Part shown: positions 24,194-38,765 of the stretch, piece after piece
Numbering within the stretch: the stretch's first letter is position 1
How the letters are laid out: every line of letters starts with the position of its first letter
NCBI GenBank assembly: GCA_051294375.1
Contig: CM119265.1
Span: 24,409,861-24,473,860 of the forward strand
Direction: 5' to 3'
Origin: Paraspadella gotoi
Taxonomy: Eukaryota > Animalia > Chaetognatha
Length of the DNA: 64,000 bases
Program-made: the position numbers and the translations under genes
Notes under the pieces: generated by a model
Told to the model about the DNA's origin: nothing
What the model saw: only the letters and a program-made list of their open reading frames with translations
Database searches by the model: none

Positions 24194-24982
24194 AAATTAA
24201 AGAAGGGAAAGATGAGAGAATAATGGGAGAGAGCGAAGCAAAATTCTGAAAGGAATTTGGGAAAAATTCCTAAAAAAATAAAAAATATTCTCTATAAATT
24301 GTTTATTTTGTTAACAAGACAACGAATTTGTTTATATGCATGAGAACAATCGTAAACATATTCGGTCAGATATGTTAAGCCAATATATTAGCCGCACAAA
24401 TGTCCGATATTCTCCTGAAAATAAAAAAAACGTTGTCGTATATCCCCCATTTCGCTTAATTCTAATTTCAAAACGCACGAAATGAAAGCTCGAAATAACA
24501 ACAACGTCTAACAAATATTCTCTAAAAAATTATTCAACATGATTAATTAAAATAACTTAACTACAAAAAAATATCTTACTCCAAAATTGAGGTATTGTTA
24601 AAAATCAGGTTAAAGAACTTTGTTGGGATCCCAAGAACTACACAGTGTGTTACTAAGTGTTACTAAACTTACTACAATGTGTGTTACATGAGCTGAATCT
24701 CTCGCGTTTTTTTTTTCGTGTTTCATCTGGGTTTTATTTGCTCGAATTCCCATTTTTTCCTCTGTTTTTTTTTTATTCTATCGTTTTCTCTTGTAAAAAC
24801 ATCGTAACATCCCTATTTTCGACTCCGCAGCAAATAAAACGATTCCAAAATAAAAACGAGAACAAAAAAAGGAAAAACGGAAAATAAAATGGGGAGAAAG
24901 TTTGGCGAGGAAGAAACGGAATAATGGGAACACGAGGAGAGAGGAGAGAGAGAGAGAGAGCAGAGAGAGAAAGAGAAGAGAG

Positions 24983-25024
<42 letters not shown>

Positions 25025-25365
25025 CTTGCGGAAAGAAGAATTCCCTGAGGGGGAAAAAACGAACAATTGAAAATGAGAAGAGAGTAATCTGCAAAAATCG
25101 AAAAAAAAAACAGTTCTTCCGTTTCCTTTAATTCTTTTTCTATCGCCGTCATTTGCTCTGTTTGGCCCTTTTGTCCGTTTTTACAGCTGTTTCCCTCCTT
25201 TCGGCAGCTGAGCGCCACGGTGCGGGCAACGGCACCAGTATCAACAAAAGATGATACAAACCTAACGGTCAGGAAAAAACAACAGTAAAACGTAACAAAA
25301 TAACCAACAAAACAAGCGAAGGAGAGAGAGAAGAGGAGAGAGAAGAAGAGAGAGAGAGAGAAGAG

Positions 25366-25409
<44 letters not shown>

Positions 25410-26295
25410 CAGTGAAAACAAACGAGAACTGTTTTGAACTAAAAAAAACCCCGATTCATTGGTAGAAATTTCCGGATGTAAAAGAAGGCGAGGAGGCCTG
25501 TTTTTAAAATGTCCCTTAAATGCCGAACGAAGAGTGACCGTATTTTCACAGAAGCTTGCAATTTTATGCCGCTCGAGGCTATGGCTTTGTCCTTATTTTG
25601 CAGAGGAACTCACGGCCACAATAGAATCGAGAGAATTTCAACCTATAAATTCGGGAGAAATTTACACGAAAGACGGCAATTAAAAAAAACATTGCGGAAA
25701 TTACCGATCCTCGTATATTGCACGGAATTCCGTAAATTGAGAAAAAAAATATTTCACGCGATTTCTAAGTAAAATCAGTGGAAATTCCCGAGAAATTCCA
25801 TCGCTGTCATTAACGATCGAGAATGGAAATCGCTGTCGCGTCCGTCATTAAAGGAGAAAAGAGACGAAACGGGCGTCTCTATTCCTCCGCGACCTCGTGA
25901 ACTCCCTGACTCCGACCCCGAGGTCCCAGAGGAAATGACCTAATGACCTTCCTCTGAACCCGAAGATGACCCGCGAGGACTCGACAGACTCTGACAGGAG
26001 AACGCGTAAGTGAGGATGAGAGAGAGAGAAAGAGAGAAGAGAGAGAGAAGAAGAGAGAGAGAGAGAAGAGAAAGAAGAGAGAGAGAGAGAGCAGAGAGAG
26101 AGAAAGAGAATCCAAGGTGAATATGAAAAGAAGCAGAAGGAAAAATCTCGTAGGGCAAGAGAATATAGCTTCGTATAACAGACCTATAAAAAAAAATAAT
26201 ATAGAATATTTAATAAACCAATCTTCTCTCATTTTGTTATATAAATAGTAAGGAAATTTAAAATTAGTGACATCGTGAAGAAAGAGAAAGAGAGA

Positions 26296-26326
<31 letters not shown>

Positions 26327-26338
26327 GGAGAGAGAAGA

Positions 26339-26371
<33 letters not shown>

Positions 26372-26534
26372 CAATTTGGCATTCAAGTCACTGTTAGTCG
26401 ATCAACATCAATAGTCCCAGGGCAAGGAAGAATGCGAGAAAGAAAGGGTGTATGAGCGAATTTATGAACGACGAAAAACGCGACGAATGACAGAGACGAC
26501 ATGATGACGCACGACGACGCTTTGGTAACAATAC

Positions 26535-26758
26535 ATACATACAATACAACTATCTGGAGTGAATAAACGTTTATATTTCTTTGTGTTTAGTCTTGATTGA
26601 TTATAGCTGCAGGGACCTGCTTATTTTGTCTCATTATCTTGTAAGAAGTGATGGAGCCAAAACCTACCCAAAAGCCTGCCAAAGTCAGGGCCAAGATAAG
26701 CTTATTTATTAATTATGAATTGTGTATAATTTTATATTGGTGTTGTACCCATTTCATA
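26535..26758 (+). mobile_element. Short dispersed element (..aaagcctg..caggg.caagata..tatattgg..atttcata), polymorphic insertion
   Basis: Present in copy A and absent at the copy B site (~33611-33630). Related 3' parts lie at 23491-23607 and 30681-30792, and inverted at 29598-29637. Confidence 0.65.
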
Positions 26759-27212
26759 ACTAATAGAGTACACAATACGTTCTGACTATATTTCACAATA
26801 CGACCTCCCGTAATGTGATGAAATATTGTAGTAAATCACTATTAAACATTTTGTGCAGATCGCAACAGGCTATATAAATTACATCGTCAAACTATGTTTC
26901 ACAACCCTATAAATCGAGAAATGAAACTTTGATTTTTATTAATCATTTTTGTTGAAGCAATCTGACAAATAAACATGAGCGCACACCATCAATAATCTAG
27001 GACGGTTTGGGTTTAGCGTCCGCCAAAAACGGACCGCCGGGAGACGACGAACGAACGAGACGAGCGGCCGACGCAGTGGACGCGATAGACGACGTACGAC
27101 TGACGGACTCGACGACGAGGACGCAGTGCTTGTGAACGCAGAGAGAAAAACTGACCTTCAAGAGCAAATCTCTGGAGTCTCTGAGGGAGATCGAGAGAGA
27201 GAGAGAGAGAGG

Positions 27213-27254
<42 letters not shown>

Positions 27255-30200
27255 AGGAGAGAAAGAAGAGCAGAGAGGAAGAGAAGAGAGAGAGAATGCG
27301 CGGGCGGGCAAAATGAAGATCATATTCGGATGGATATCGCTTCTCAAATGCAGCCCTGACAGTCCGACTCGGTATTTTCTCTCAAGGCAATGGCAACCTT
27401 AAGTTGCTGCGCTTCGCCGACTTTTTCTGGCAAGTCACGCACGATGAATGCTGGAGCGGAAGAGAGGCGGGGGTGGCGTTTTTTGTTTGGGATGAGGATG
27501 GTGGGTCGTGCGGTGATGGGGTGGGATGGTTGGGTTTAGATGTTGGTGGTTGATTATTCAGCAAAATTAAATAAATGTTATTTGCAAGGAGCCACAACCG
27601 TTGGGAATTTCCCAGCCAAAAAATTATGTCTTGGAGTGGAACGGAAAGATGGAAACGGAAGCAAGTGTAACGAAAACTAAAGAGAAAAATCTGAGGTCGA
27701 GAGACAGAGTGAAAAATCAGGATTAAAAATGGAAAAAGGCAGGGGGGAAGGGGGCAGGGCGGGGGGAAAGGGGGGGAAGGGGGAGACATGGAAAATGTTC
27801 ACGGAACGGATCGCGATATCAGGTAAAAAAGGGATGAGAGGCAAAATGGAGGCACACCTAGAGTTGAACACCGTTCAATATGCTGAGGAGAAGTGAGAAG
27901 TAGAGCAGAAGGAGAGAGGCTGAGGAAGAGATAGAAGAAGAAGAGATCGAGAGGCACGAGATGAGAGAATAGAGAAGAGAAGAAGGGAGGAGGAGAAGCA
28001 GAGAAGAGAGAGAGAAGAGAGAGAAGGAGATAGAACGAGAAGAGCTTTTTTTTTAAAGGGTGAACTAGGGTTGATCAACATCTGGGGCAAAGGGGTTGTT
28101 TAAAAGAATCCGAGATTTTATTTAAGACGGTGTGCAAAATTTTTAATCTCTGAAGTTTTTCAAAAAGTTGACGAATGTCCCAAGCAAAATTTGCCTCATT
28201 GCCCACTTAGTTTTTTTTTGAGAGGCGGAAGCGAAATAGTGTAGTATCCTTTTTTTAGTAATCATTTTACTTTTTTTAGTCTATTTACTTTTTTTTAGTA
28301 AATGTTTACAAGTTTTCCTCCCTCTCGCTCGTGAAAATCTTCATTTTTTTTTCTTTGAAAAGTTCTCGATGCTTAGGACTCTCGGCGCCGTAAAGCTTGA
28401 GTTCATAGTATAAGTGAAACGATGCGAACTTTAAAAGGACTGTAATTTTTTTAGTCGGTCCTGTCTCTCTTTAGTTTATGAAAAAAATATAAAATTAAAA
28501 AAAAATTGTCATTTAATGTGAAACTATTTTGAAAAATTACTAAAAACCATCCATTCGTTTACATATCAAATAAGGCTATTTCTATGCCGCCTCGACATTT
28601 CGAACAGGATTTTGGTGAGATTTTCACAGGCCTCCATTACTCTTAAACAAGATTTTGACATTTTGACAGCTCATTTATTCACTCCAAAGAACATGGCCTT
28701 TCCCTATTAAATTTACAATTAATTGAATTTTCTTTGTTTTATCGAAGTAAAGATCGCTCAATGTACTCTTATTTACTAAACAAAAACAATCAACAATATT
28801 TTCCATTATAAATGAGCGATTATGGAACACTCACGACTTCTATTCTTGATGGGTTTTGTCCACGTCTTGATCCAAATCGGCCCCTTCGACTAGTTGGATC
28901 CATTGTACGCCAAGTCCACTGGCTGCGTGCAGGCGCCTTTTTCCTCTTTTTTTATCTCCTCCTTTTTTTTCGTTCGGGTCGACCTCCTCGCCTCTCGATA
29001 CCCCTGCTCTCATTCCGTGAATTCTGGATGTGGTCCCCTTTGAACAGAAAACGCCAGGCTTCGTACCGGCCAGCTCTTGATTCTTTTTTGTTTATGGTAT
29101 GAAGAGACGGCTGTTGGTTCAAGANNNNNNNNNNNNNNNNNNNNNNNNNTCTCTCTCTTTTCACTTTCTCTTTAATGCTTCTCCTTGAAACTCAGTCTTT
29201 TTATTTTTAGCTGTCGATTTTTTCGTGATTTAGATTTGTACTAGTATAGTATAGTTTCNNNNNNNNNNNNNNNNNNNNNNNNNNNNNNNNNNNNNNNNNN
29301 NNNNNNNNNNNNNNNNNNNNNNNNNNNNNNNNNNNNNNNNNNNNNNNNNNNNNNNNNNNNNNNNNNNNNNNNNNNNNNNNNNNNNNNNNNNNNNNNNNNN
29401 NNNNNNNNNNNNNNNNNNNNNNNNNNNNNNNNNNNNNNNNNNNNNNNNNNNNNNNNNNNNNNNNNNNNNNNNNNNNNNNNNNNNNNNNNNNNNNNNNNNN
29501 NNNNNNNNNNNNNNNNNNNNNNNNNNNNAAAACAGATTTTAAGCTTTAATACGTAAACCCCATCACTCAGTTAGTGACATATTATATTATATTATATTAT
29601 GAAATTGGTACAACCAATATAAAAATTGTCTATTCATTATATTATATTATGTTATATTATATCTTTATAATCTCCATCTTATCTCAATTTGTTCCACATC
29701 CTACTTCATCTCTCCTTCCATAATTTGTTCCAACTTCTTCCTTCACCTCAACCAAAACGATTTCCTCACCCCGACCTTGACTCCTAATCCCGCTTTCAAT
29801 ATTCCCTTCTCACTTCGAGATAAGTTTTCGCTCAACCATCTTTTGTCAACCCACCTGTTTCGTCCCATCTCGCTCACATAAAACTGATTCTGTCCCAAAC
29901 ATCTCCCTTACCCTTCCCCTTATACACACTTACCTTCCTTTTCTTCTCTCTTTTCCAAATCATGTCGCTTCGCCGTAATTTTCTTTCTCTTTCTTAATCC
30001 TTTCCCGATCGGGTTTCTTTTCTTTCATGTCTTTTCACCATTTCCCGATCAGCTTTAGTGTCTTTGCTCAATTTTCCGATCAGCTTCCGTGTATTTTCAC
30101 CATTTCCCGATCAGCTTCTGTGTCTTTTCACCATTTTCCGATCAGCTTCCGTGTCTTTTTACCATTTCCTGATCGGCTTTTGTATCTTTTCACCACTTTC

Positions 30201-33200
30201 TTATTACCTCTGTTTTTTATCATTTCCTAAACTGGTTTCGTGTCTTCTCACCATTTTCCGATCTGCTTTCAATTCTTTTTACAATTTCCCGATTGGCTTT
30301 TGTGTCTTATTTTCCGATTGGCCTTCATGTCTTCTCACCATTTCCCGATCGGCTTTCTTGTCTTATTTTCCGATTAGCTTTTGTGCCTTCTCACCATTTC
30401 CCGATCGGCTTTCGTCTTTCCACCATTTCCCGATCGGCTTCTGTCTCCTTTCCTCCCTATTCACTTTCCAATCTCATTCAATTCTTTTCCTTTTAATTCC
30501 TCCGCCTTTTCTAACGACGCCCACCTTTGGCGCCAATCGATTCCTTTCTTTCTTTCTCGTCTCCACCTCTTAGCGAACGTGGTCAAGAAAACGCATACGT
30601 ACTACCATTTTTATTACAGGTTCACCGGGATTGAAAAAACAAGAGTCTTGATTAAAAGCTTGAAGGGACATGCTATGTTAATATCTTGTGATGTATTGTT
30701 TTACATCACCAAAGCCTGTCCAAATTCAGGGACAAGATAGTTTATTTATTATATGAATGAATAATTCTTATATTGGTCGTACTAATTTCATACTAGCAAA
30801 GACTTTTCAAACTCTCTAGATATTACATAAAACCTAACTTTTGAGTCGTCCACGCCTTTAATAACAATTAATTTATTTGGTTACTTACTCTTTCCCATCT
30901 AATTTTTTCCCAACCCAAAAATTAACCCATCTAACTTACCTTGTGACATATTAAACGTCCACNNNNNNNNNNNNNNNNNNNNNNNNNNNNNNNNNNNNNN
31001 NNNNNNNNNNNNNNNNNNNNNNNNNNNNNNNNNNNNNNNNNNNNNNNNNNNNNNNNNNNNNNNNNNNNNNNNNNNNNNNNNNNNNNNNNNNNNNNNNNNN
31101 NNNNNNNNNNNNNNNNNNNNNNNNNNNNNNNNNNNNNNNNNNNNNNNNNNNNNNNNNNNNNNNNNNNNNNNNNNNNNNNNNNNNNNNNNNNNNNNNNNNN
31201 NNNNNNNNNNNNNNNNNNNNNNNNNNNNNNNNNNNNNNNNNNNNNNNNNNNNNNNNNNNNNNNNNNNNNNNNNNNNNNNNNNNNNNNNNNNNNNNNNNNN
31301 NNNNNNNNNNNNNNNNNNNNNNNNNNNNNNNNNNNNNNNNNNNNNNNNNNNNNNNNNNNNNNNNNNNNNNNNNNNNNNNNNNNNNNNNNNNNNNNNNNNN
31401 NNNNNNNNNNNNNNNNNNNNNNNNNNNNNNNNNNNNNNNNNNNNNNNNNNNNNNNNNNNNNNNNNNNNNNNNNNNNNNNNNNNNNNNNNNNNNNNNNNNN
31501 NCTGAAGGAATTTGGGAAAAATTCTAAAAATAAAATTATTCTCTATAAATTGTTTATTTTGTTAACAGACAACGAATTTGTTTATATTGTCAATGAGAAA
31601 ATCGTACATATTTCGGCAGATATGTTAGCCAATATATTAGCCGAAACATGTCCGATTTTCTCCTTGAAAATAAAAAAAAATCGTTGTCTGTTATCCAATT
31701 TCGCTTAATTCTAATTTCAAACGCAACGAAATGAAAAGCTCGAAATAACAACGTCTAACAAATATTCTCTAAAAAATTATTCAACATGATTATTTAAATA
31801 ACTTAACTACCAAAAAATATCTTACTCAAAATTGAGGTATTGTGTAAAATCAGGTTAAAAACTTGGTTTGGGATCCCAAGAACTACAGTGTGTTACTAGT
31901 GTTACTACTTACTACAATGTGTGTTACATGAGCTGATCTCTCGCGTTTTTTTTTCGTGTTTCATTCTGTTTTTTTTCGCTCGAATTCCCTGTTTTTCCTC
32001 NNNNNNNNNNTATTTCTATTCGTTTTCTCTTTTGTAAAACATCCGGTACATTCCTATTCGGTCGCGCAATAAAACGATTCAAAATAAAAACGAGAACAAA
32101 AGGGAAAAACGAAATAAATGGGGAGAAGTTTGGCGAGGAAGANNNNNNNNNNNNNNNNNNNNNNNNNNNNNNNNNNNNNNNNNNNNNNNNNNNNNNNNNN
32201 NNNNNNNNNNNNNNNNNNNNNNNNNNNNNNNNNNNNNNNNNNNNNNNNNNNNNNNNNNNNNNNNNNNNNNNNNNNNNNNNNNNNNNNNNNNNNNNNNNNN
32301 NNNNNNNNNNNNNNNNNNNNNNNNNNNNNNNNNNNNNNNNNNNNNNNNNNNGAGAGAGATTCTTGCGAAAGAGAAATTCCTGAGGGGAAAAAACGACAAT
32401 GAAAATGAGAAGAGAGAAGCTGCAAAAATCGAAAAACGTTCTTCGTTTCCTCTTTTAATTTCTTTTTCTCCCGTCATTTGCTCTGTTTGCCCTTTTGTCT
32501 CGTTTTTACAGCTGTTTCCCTCCTTTCGGCAGCTGAGAGCGCCACGTGCGGGCAACGGCCAGTAATCAAACAAAAGTTGATACAACCTAACGGCAGNNNN
32601 NNNNNNNNNNNNNNNNNNNNNNNNNNNNNNNNNNNNNNNNNNNNNNNNNNNNNNNNNNNNNNNNNNNNNNNNNNNNNNNNNNNNNNNNNNNNNNNNNNNN
32701 NNNNNNNNNNNNNNNNNNNNNNNNNNNNNNNNNNNNNNNNNNNNNNNNNNNNGAGAGAGAGAGAGAGAGAGAGAGAGATCCAGTGAAAACAAACGAGAAC
32801 TGTTGACCGATTCCATGGTGAAATTTCCGGATGTAAAAGAAGGCGAGGAGGCTGTTTTAAATGTCGCCTTAAATGCCGAACGACGAGTGACCGTATTTTC
32901 ACGAAGCTGCAGATTTTTATGCCGCTTCGAGCTCATGGCTTGCTCCTTATTTGCAGAGGAACTCACGGCACAATAGATCGAGAGAATTTCGAACCTATAA
33001 TCGGGAGAAATTACACGAAAGACGGCAATTAAAAAAAAAAACATTGCGGAAATACGATTCTCGTATATTGCACGGAATTTCCGTAAATTGAGAAAAAAAT
33101 ATTTCCCGATTTCTAAGAAAATCTGTGGAATTTCCGAGAAATTCCATTCGCTGTCATTAAGATCGAGAATGGAATCGCGTCGCTCGTCATTAAAGGAGAA

Positions 33201-33351
33201 AAGAGACGAACGGGCGTCTCTATTCCTCGCGACCCGTGACCTCCTGACCTCCGACCCCGAGGTCCCAGAGGATGACCTATGACCTTCTCTGACCCGAATG
33301 ATGACCCGCGGGACTCGACAGACTCTGACAGGAGACGCGCTAAGTGAGGAT

Positions 33352-33467
<116 letters not shown>

Positions 33468-33867
33468 ATTTGGCATTCAAAGCACTTGTTAGTCGAAACA
33501 TCATGTCCCAGGGACAAGGAAAGAATGCGATGAAGAAAGGGTTATGAGCGAATTTATGACGACGAAAACGACGACGATGACGACGACGACAATGACGACG
33601 ACGACGACTCTTTGTAACATACTAATAAGTACACAATACGTTCTGACTATATTTCACAATCCGACTCCGTAATGTGTGAAATATTTAGTAAATCTTATTA
33701 ACGTTTTGTTGCAATCGCCAGGGCTTAATAAAACATCGTCAAACTTGTTTCACCCAGAAATCGAAAATGAAACTTTGATTTTTGATTAATCATTTTTGTT
33801 GAGAATCGACAAATAAACATCCATCAGACTCTGGACGGTTTGTTTACGTCGCCACGGACGCCGGGGA

Positions 33868-33929
<62 letters not shown>

Positions 33930-35857
33930 AGTGCTTAACGCAGAGGAAAAACTTGACTTCAGAGCAAATCTCTGGTCTCTGAGGGNNNNNNNNNNNNNNN
34001 NNNNNNNNNNNNNNNNNAAGAGAAGATAAAAATTACGAAGTCGACTGAAAGGTGCCATTTGAGAAGAACGATCCACCGACTAATGACTCATTTGCCGCCA
34101 TTCTCTCTCCTCTCTCTCTCTCCTCTCTCCTCTCTCCTCTCTCTCTCTCTCCTCTCCTTCTCTCTCCTCTTCTCTCTCGATAGAGAGAGAGAGAATGGGG
34201 CGGCAAATGAGTCATTAGTCGGTGGATATCGCTTCTCAAATGGCACCCTTCAGTCCGACTCGTATTTTTTTCTCTCAGGCAAATGGCAACCTTAAGTTGC
34301 TGCGTTCGCCGACGTTTGTTGCTGCAGTCACGACGATAATTGCTGCGGGCGGTGGCGTTTTGGTGGGTNNNNNNNNNNNNNNNNNNNNNNNNNNNNNNNN
34401 NNNNNNNNNNNNNNNNNNNNNNNNNNNNNNNNNNNNNNNNNNNNNNNNNNNNNNNNNNNNNNNNNNNNNNNNNNNNNNNNNNNNNNNNNNNNNNNNNNNN
34501 NNNNNNNNNNNNNNNNNNNNNNNNNNNNNNNNNNNNNNNNNNNNNNNNNNNNNNNNNNNNNNNNNNNNNNNNNNNNNNNNNNNNNNNNNNNNNNNNNNNN
34601 NNNNNNNNNNNNNNNNNNNNNNNNNNNNNNNNNNNNNNNNNNNNNNNNNNNNNNNNNNNNNNNNNNNNNNNNNNNNNNNNNNNNNNNNNNNNNNNNNNNN
34701 NNNNNNNNNNNNNNNNNNNNNNNNNNNNNNNNNNNNNNNNNNNNNNNNNNNNNNNNNNNNNNNNNNNNNNNNNNNNNNNNNNNNNNNNNNNNNNNNNNNN
34801 NNNNNNNNNNNNNNNNNNNNNNNNNNNNNNNNNNNNNNNNNNNNNNNNNNNNNNNNNNNNNNNNNNNNNNNNNNNNNNNNNNNNNNNNNNNNNNNNNNNN
34901 NNNNNNNNNNNNNNNNNNNNNNNNNNNNNNNNNNNNNNNNNNNNNNNNNNNNNNNNNNNNNNNNNNNNNNNNNNNNNNNNNNNNNNNNNNNNNNNNNNNN
35001 NNNNNNNNNNNNNNNNNNNNNNNNNNNNNNNNNNNNNNNNNNNNNNNNNNNNNNNNNNNNNNNCCATTCGTTTAATAAATAAGCTATCTTGCCCCTGACT
35101 TTTCGACAGGATTTTGTGGTTTCAGGCCTCCATTACTCTTACAAGATTTTGACATTTTGACAGTCTCATTTATTCACTCCCAAAGAACATGGCTTCCCTA
35201 TTAATAATTTAACAATTTATTGAATCTTTGTATCGAAGTTAAAGAGTACACCTCATGTACTTCTTATTTTACATAAACAAAAACAATCAAACAATATTGT
35301 TCCATTTTAAATAGAGCGATTATGGAACACTCACGAGCTTTTCCACGTCTGATCCAAATCGCCCCTCGACCTGAGTTGGATCATTGTACCAAAGTCCAAT
35401 TGCTGCGTGCAGGCCTTTTTCTTTTCCTTTTTTCGTCTCGGGTCGACTCGCTCTCGCTCTCTCATTCTGAATCGGATGTGTCTCCGCTTTGGAACAGAAA
35501 CGCCAGGCGACGGTCAAGGCTCTTGATCTTTTTTATGGTTATGAGAGAACGGCTGTTGGTTCAAGAGCCGCCCGAGTCGTCGTCGTCGTCGTTNNNNNNN
35601 NNNNNNNNNNNNNNNNNNNNNNNNNNNNNNNNNNNNNNNNNNNNNNNNNNNNNNNNNNNNNNNNNNNNNNNNNNNNNNNNNNNNNNNNNNNNNNNNNNNN
35701 NNNNNNNNNNNNNNNNNNNNNNNNNNNNNNNNNNNNNNNNNNNNNNNNNNNNNNNNNAGAGAGAGAGAGAGAGAGAGAGAGAAACGACAATGGTATGGCA
35801 ATGAAATGAAGATAAAGAAATGAAAGCGATGTGAGAAATGATAGAGATGATGTTGTA

Positions 35858-35890
<33 letters not shown>

Positions 35891-38559
35891 NNNNNNNNNN
35901 NNNNNNNNNNNNNNNNNNNNNNNNNNNNNNNNNNNNNNNNNNNNNNNNNNNNNNNNNNNNNNNNNNNNNNNNNNNNNNNNNNNNNNNNNNNNNNNNNNNN
36001 NNNNNNNNNNNNNNNNNNNNNNNNNNNNNNNNNNNNNNNNNNNNNNNNNNNNNNNNNNNNNNNNNNNNNNNNNNNNNNNNNNNNNNNNNNNNNNNNNNNN
36101 NNNNNNNNNNNNNNNNNNNNNNNNNNNNNNNNNNNNNNNNNNNNNNNNNNNNNNNNNNNNNNNNNNNNNNNNNNNNNNNNNNNNNNNNNNNNNNNCGACG
36201 ACATTATGATGACGATAATGACGACTATATCTAATCCTACAATAGTACAACAGTACAGTAGTGCAATTGTACAATACTACTACGACAGTAATATTTAGAA
36301 CGAAGATGACGACTTAAAAGGCGAGGTTGGGAACGACGATGGCGAAAGTGACGACGACGGCGACGACTATAATGACGATGACGATTAGGAAGAAGACGAG
36401 GACGACAAAGTTGACGACAATGAGGACGACGACGACGATAACGACGACGATAATGACAACAACAACAACGGCGATCGAAAGCGACGACTTCGTCCCCTTT
36501 TTTACAATCTGACGCCGGCGCCAACGACGACGAAGACGACGACGACGACGACGACTGACGACGCCGGCGCCATCTTCCGGTTTCGCGAGAAGAAATATGC
36601 GACTCGAACTTCGAAGGCGAAGACTTTAATCTTCTCCTCAATCATCTCGTCATCGATGGGAGGAGGAGGAGGAGGAGGATGATGATGATGAAGGAAAACA
36701 AGGAGCTGAACTCTAAAGCAATCGGAAAACGACTGACGTTTGAGTTTTATTAGATTAGATTACTTTATATTAGAATAGATTAGATTAAAAAACAATCAAA
36801 CATTAAAACAGTGACATTAAAACGGATTCCCTTTCTTGCCTGAAGACAAAATCAGTCACATTTTACCTTCGTCTCTCTCTCTCTCTGCTACGGCTCTCTC
36901 ACCTGTGCATTTCTGATCTCTCTCTCCACACGCCTCACTCTACGTCTCTCTCTCTCTCTGCTCGTCATCTTTCTGTCTGTTCTGTGTCTGTCTGTCTGTC
37001 TGTCTGTCGTGTCTGTCTGTCTGTCTGTCTGTTCTCTCGTCATCCCTCCTCGCTGTCTGTCTTTCTCTCTTCCTCATCTCTCTTTCTCTTCTCTCCGACT
37101 CTCGTCAATCTCTCCATCTCTCTCTCTCTCATCTTCGTACATCCTTCCCTCCTCTCTCTCTCTTCTCGTTCCTCACACACAAACCCTCTCAAATACGCAC
37201 GCGCAAATCGAAGACGGGGTCCCACACGACCTCGCTCTGTCTCCGGAGCGGAACGTTACAGGTCTGTTGGGCGGAAATTGTAAAATACAAATGGTTTGAA
37301 ACTGGCTCATCGTTAGGAACCTACAAGGGTGAACCAAAAGGATGGATTCAAGAGATTAGAACCAAAATGGTGGACCAAAAAGATGAAATCTTATGGGAAA
37401 ATTATGAACGAAGTCTAAATTGAAGTTGTCATTGCCTTAAAACACCAAAATATGATAAAACCGAAACAAAACTTAAAAGAAGAAGAAACATAAGAAAAAT
37501 GGTGCGAAAGAAATAAAAATCAGGGAATTACGTACAAAGAGAAATCAAGCTGGAGATTTCTTCTTAAATTTCAAAAAAGTAATAATCTTTACGGGCGTAA
37601 AATTCCATTCTTCATTAAAATTCTTAAGGTGATTGTCACTTAAATTCCATCGAAAGAAATTAATTTAAATAAACTCGCGTGTCATTAATCAAATAGATTT
37701 CTAATTTTTCCTCCCAACTTTACCGTCTACCGCTGACGGGACCAAACTGCGAAGAATCGAAAAAGATGGCGCCAAGGAACGCAAATTGTCGGATCCGCGA
37801 GAAGCCAATGATTTTCTGCACCGCGGAAAACTGTTGGACAACGGTTATGGATCCGTAAACCCTTATATTCCTTATTGCAGCCCGCTCTCTTCTCTGTCAG
37901 TCTGTAAATGTCTTTGCTTTCTCCTCGCTCTCTCTCTCCATCTCTCTTCTCTCTTCTCATTCTCTCTCTCTCTCTACTCTCTCTTCTCTTCTCTCATCCT
38001 CAAGCACGAAGGGAAAAAAAAATAGAGAGACCTGGGCTTCCCTTTTTTCCAAATGGCATGATAGGCGGGGGAAGATTTTGTAAGATAAGCGACCACAAGC
38101 CGCCCGAGAACTCGTGTGGGGTTGTGGACAAAGGTGAGGGCAGAATCAAAAGCGGTTTGGAGGGGAGACCGGGAAAAATGAGAGGGGGGGGGTAAAGAGA
38201 GCTGAAAGAGTAGAAGCCTTCTAATGGAGGGAAGGAGAACTTTCTGGCCAGAGTCGTGGGGGCGGGTGGGCGGCGTCGCTAAACCGTTTTTCGGGAAGGA
38301 TCCGTATAAAGATACATTTAAAGGAATTTTTGGGGACCATCGAATCAAAAGGAAAATGTCGGCCCCATGGATGGCCGGAAGTTCCCCCTTTTTGGAAGCG
38401 GGGAGGAGGGGAAAGGGGAAGAGAGGGGGTGGAGGAATGGCTGGGATGATGGACGGGAGGGAAGGTGGGATTTAGTGGGGTGGGTTAAAGTGGGGGGGCG
38501 AGGTGATGGGGGATGTGGGGATGGGGTGTAAGGGGGAAGAAATTGAAAGCTGAGGTTTC

Positions 38560-38765
38560 CTGTGGGGGTAGGGAGGTTTCGTGGGGGAAAGGAAAGGTCT
38601 GTGGGAGGAAGGAAAAGGTCTCTCGGGGAAAGATCTGAGGGGGAAGGGAAAGGTCTTGGGGGAAGGGGAAGGTTATGGGAAAGGGAAAGGTCTGCGGGGA
38701 AGGTCTGTGGAGGAAGGGGAAGGTCTGTGGGAAGAAGGGAAGCGTCTGGTTGGAAGGGAAAGGAC
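38560..38765. repeat. G-rich ~20-bp minisatellite (gggaaggggaaaggtctgt)
   Basis: Repeated aaggtct units. Confidence 0.7.

Noticed and set aside
34018-34276. ~260-bp foldback (inverted duplication of gccatttgagaag..cattctctc)
   Set aside because: It abuts an N gap, and copy A (27296-27382) has only one orientation. This is typical of a long-read missed-adapter chimera.
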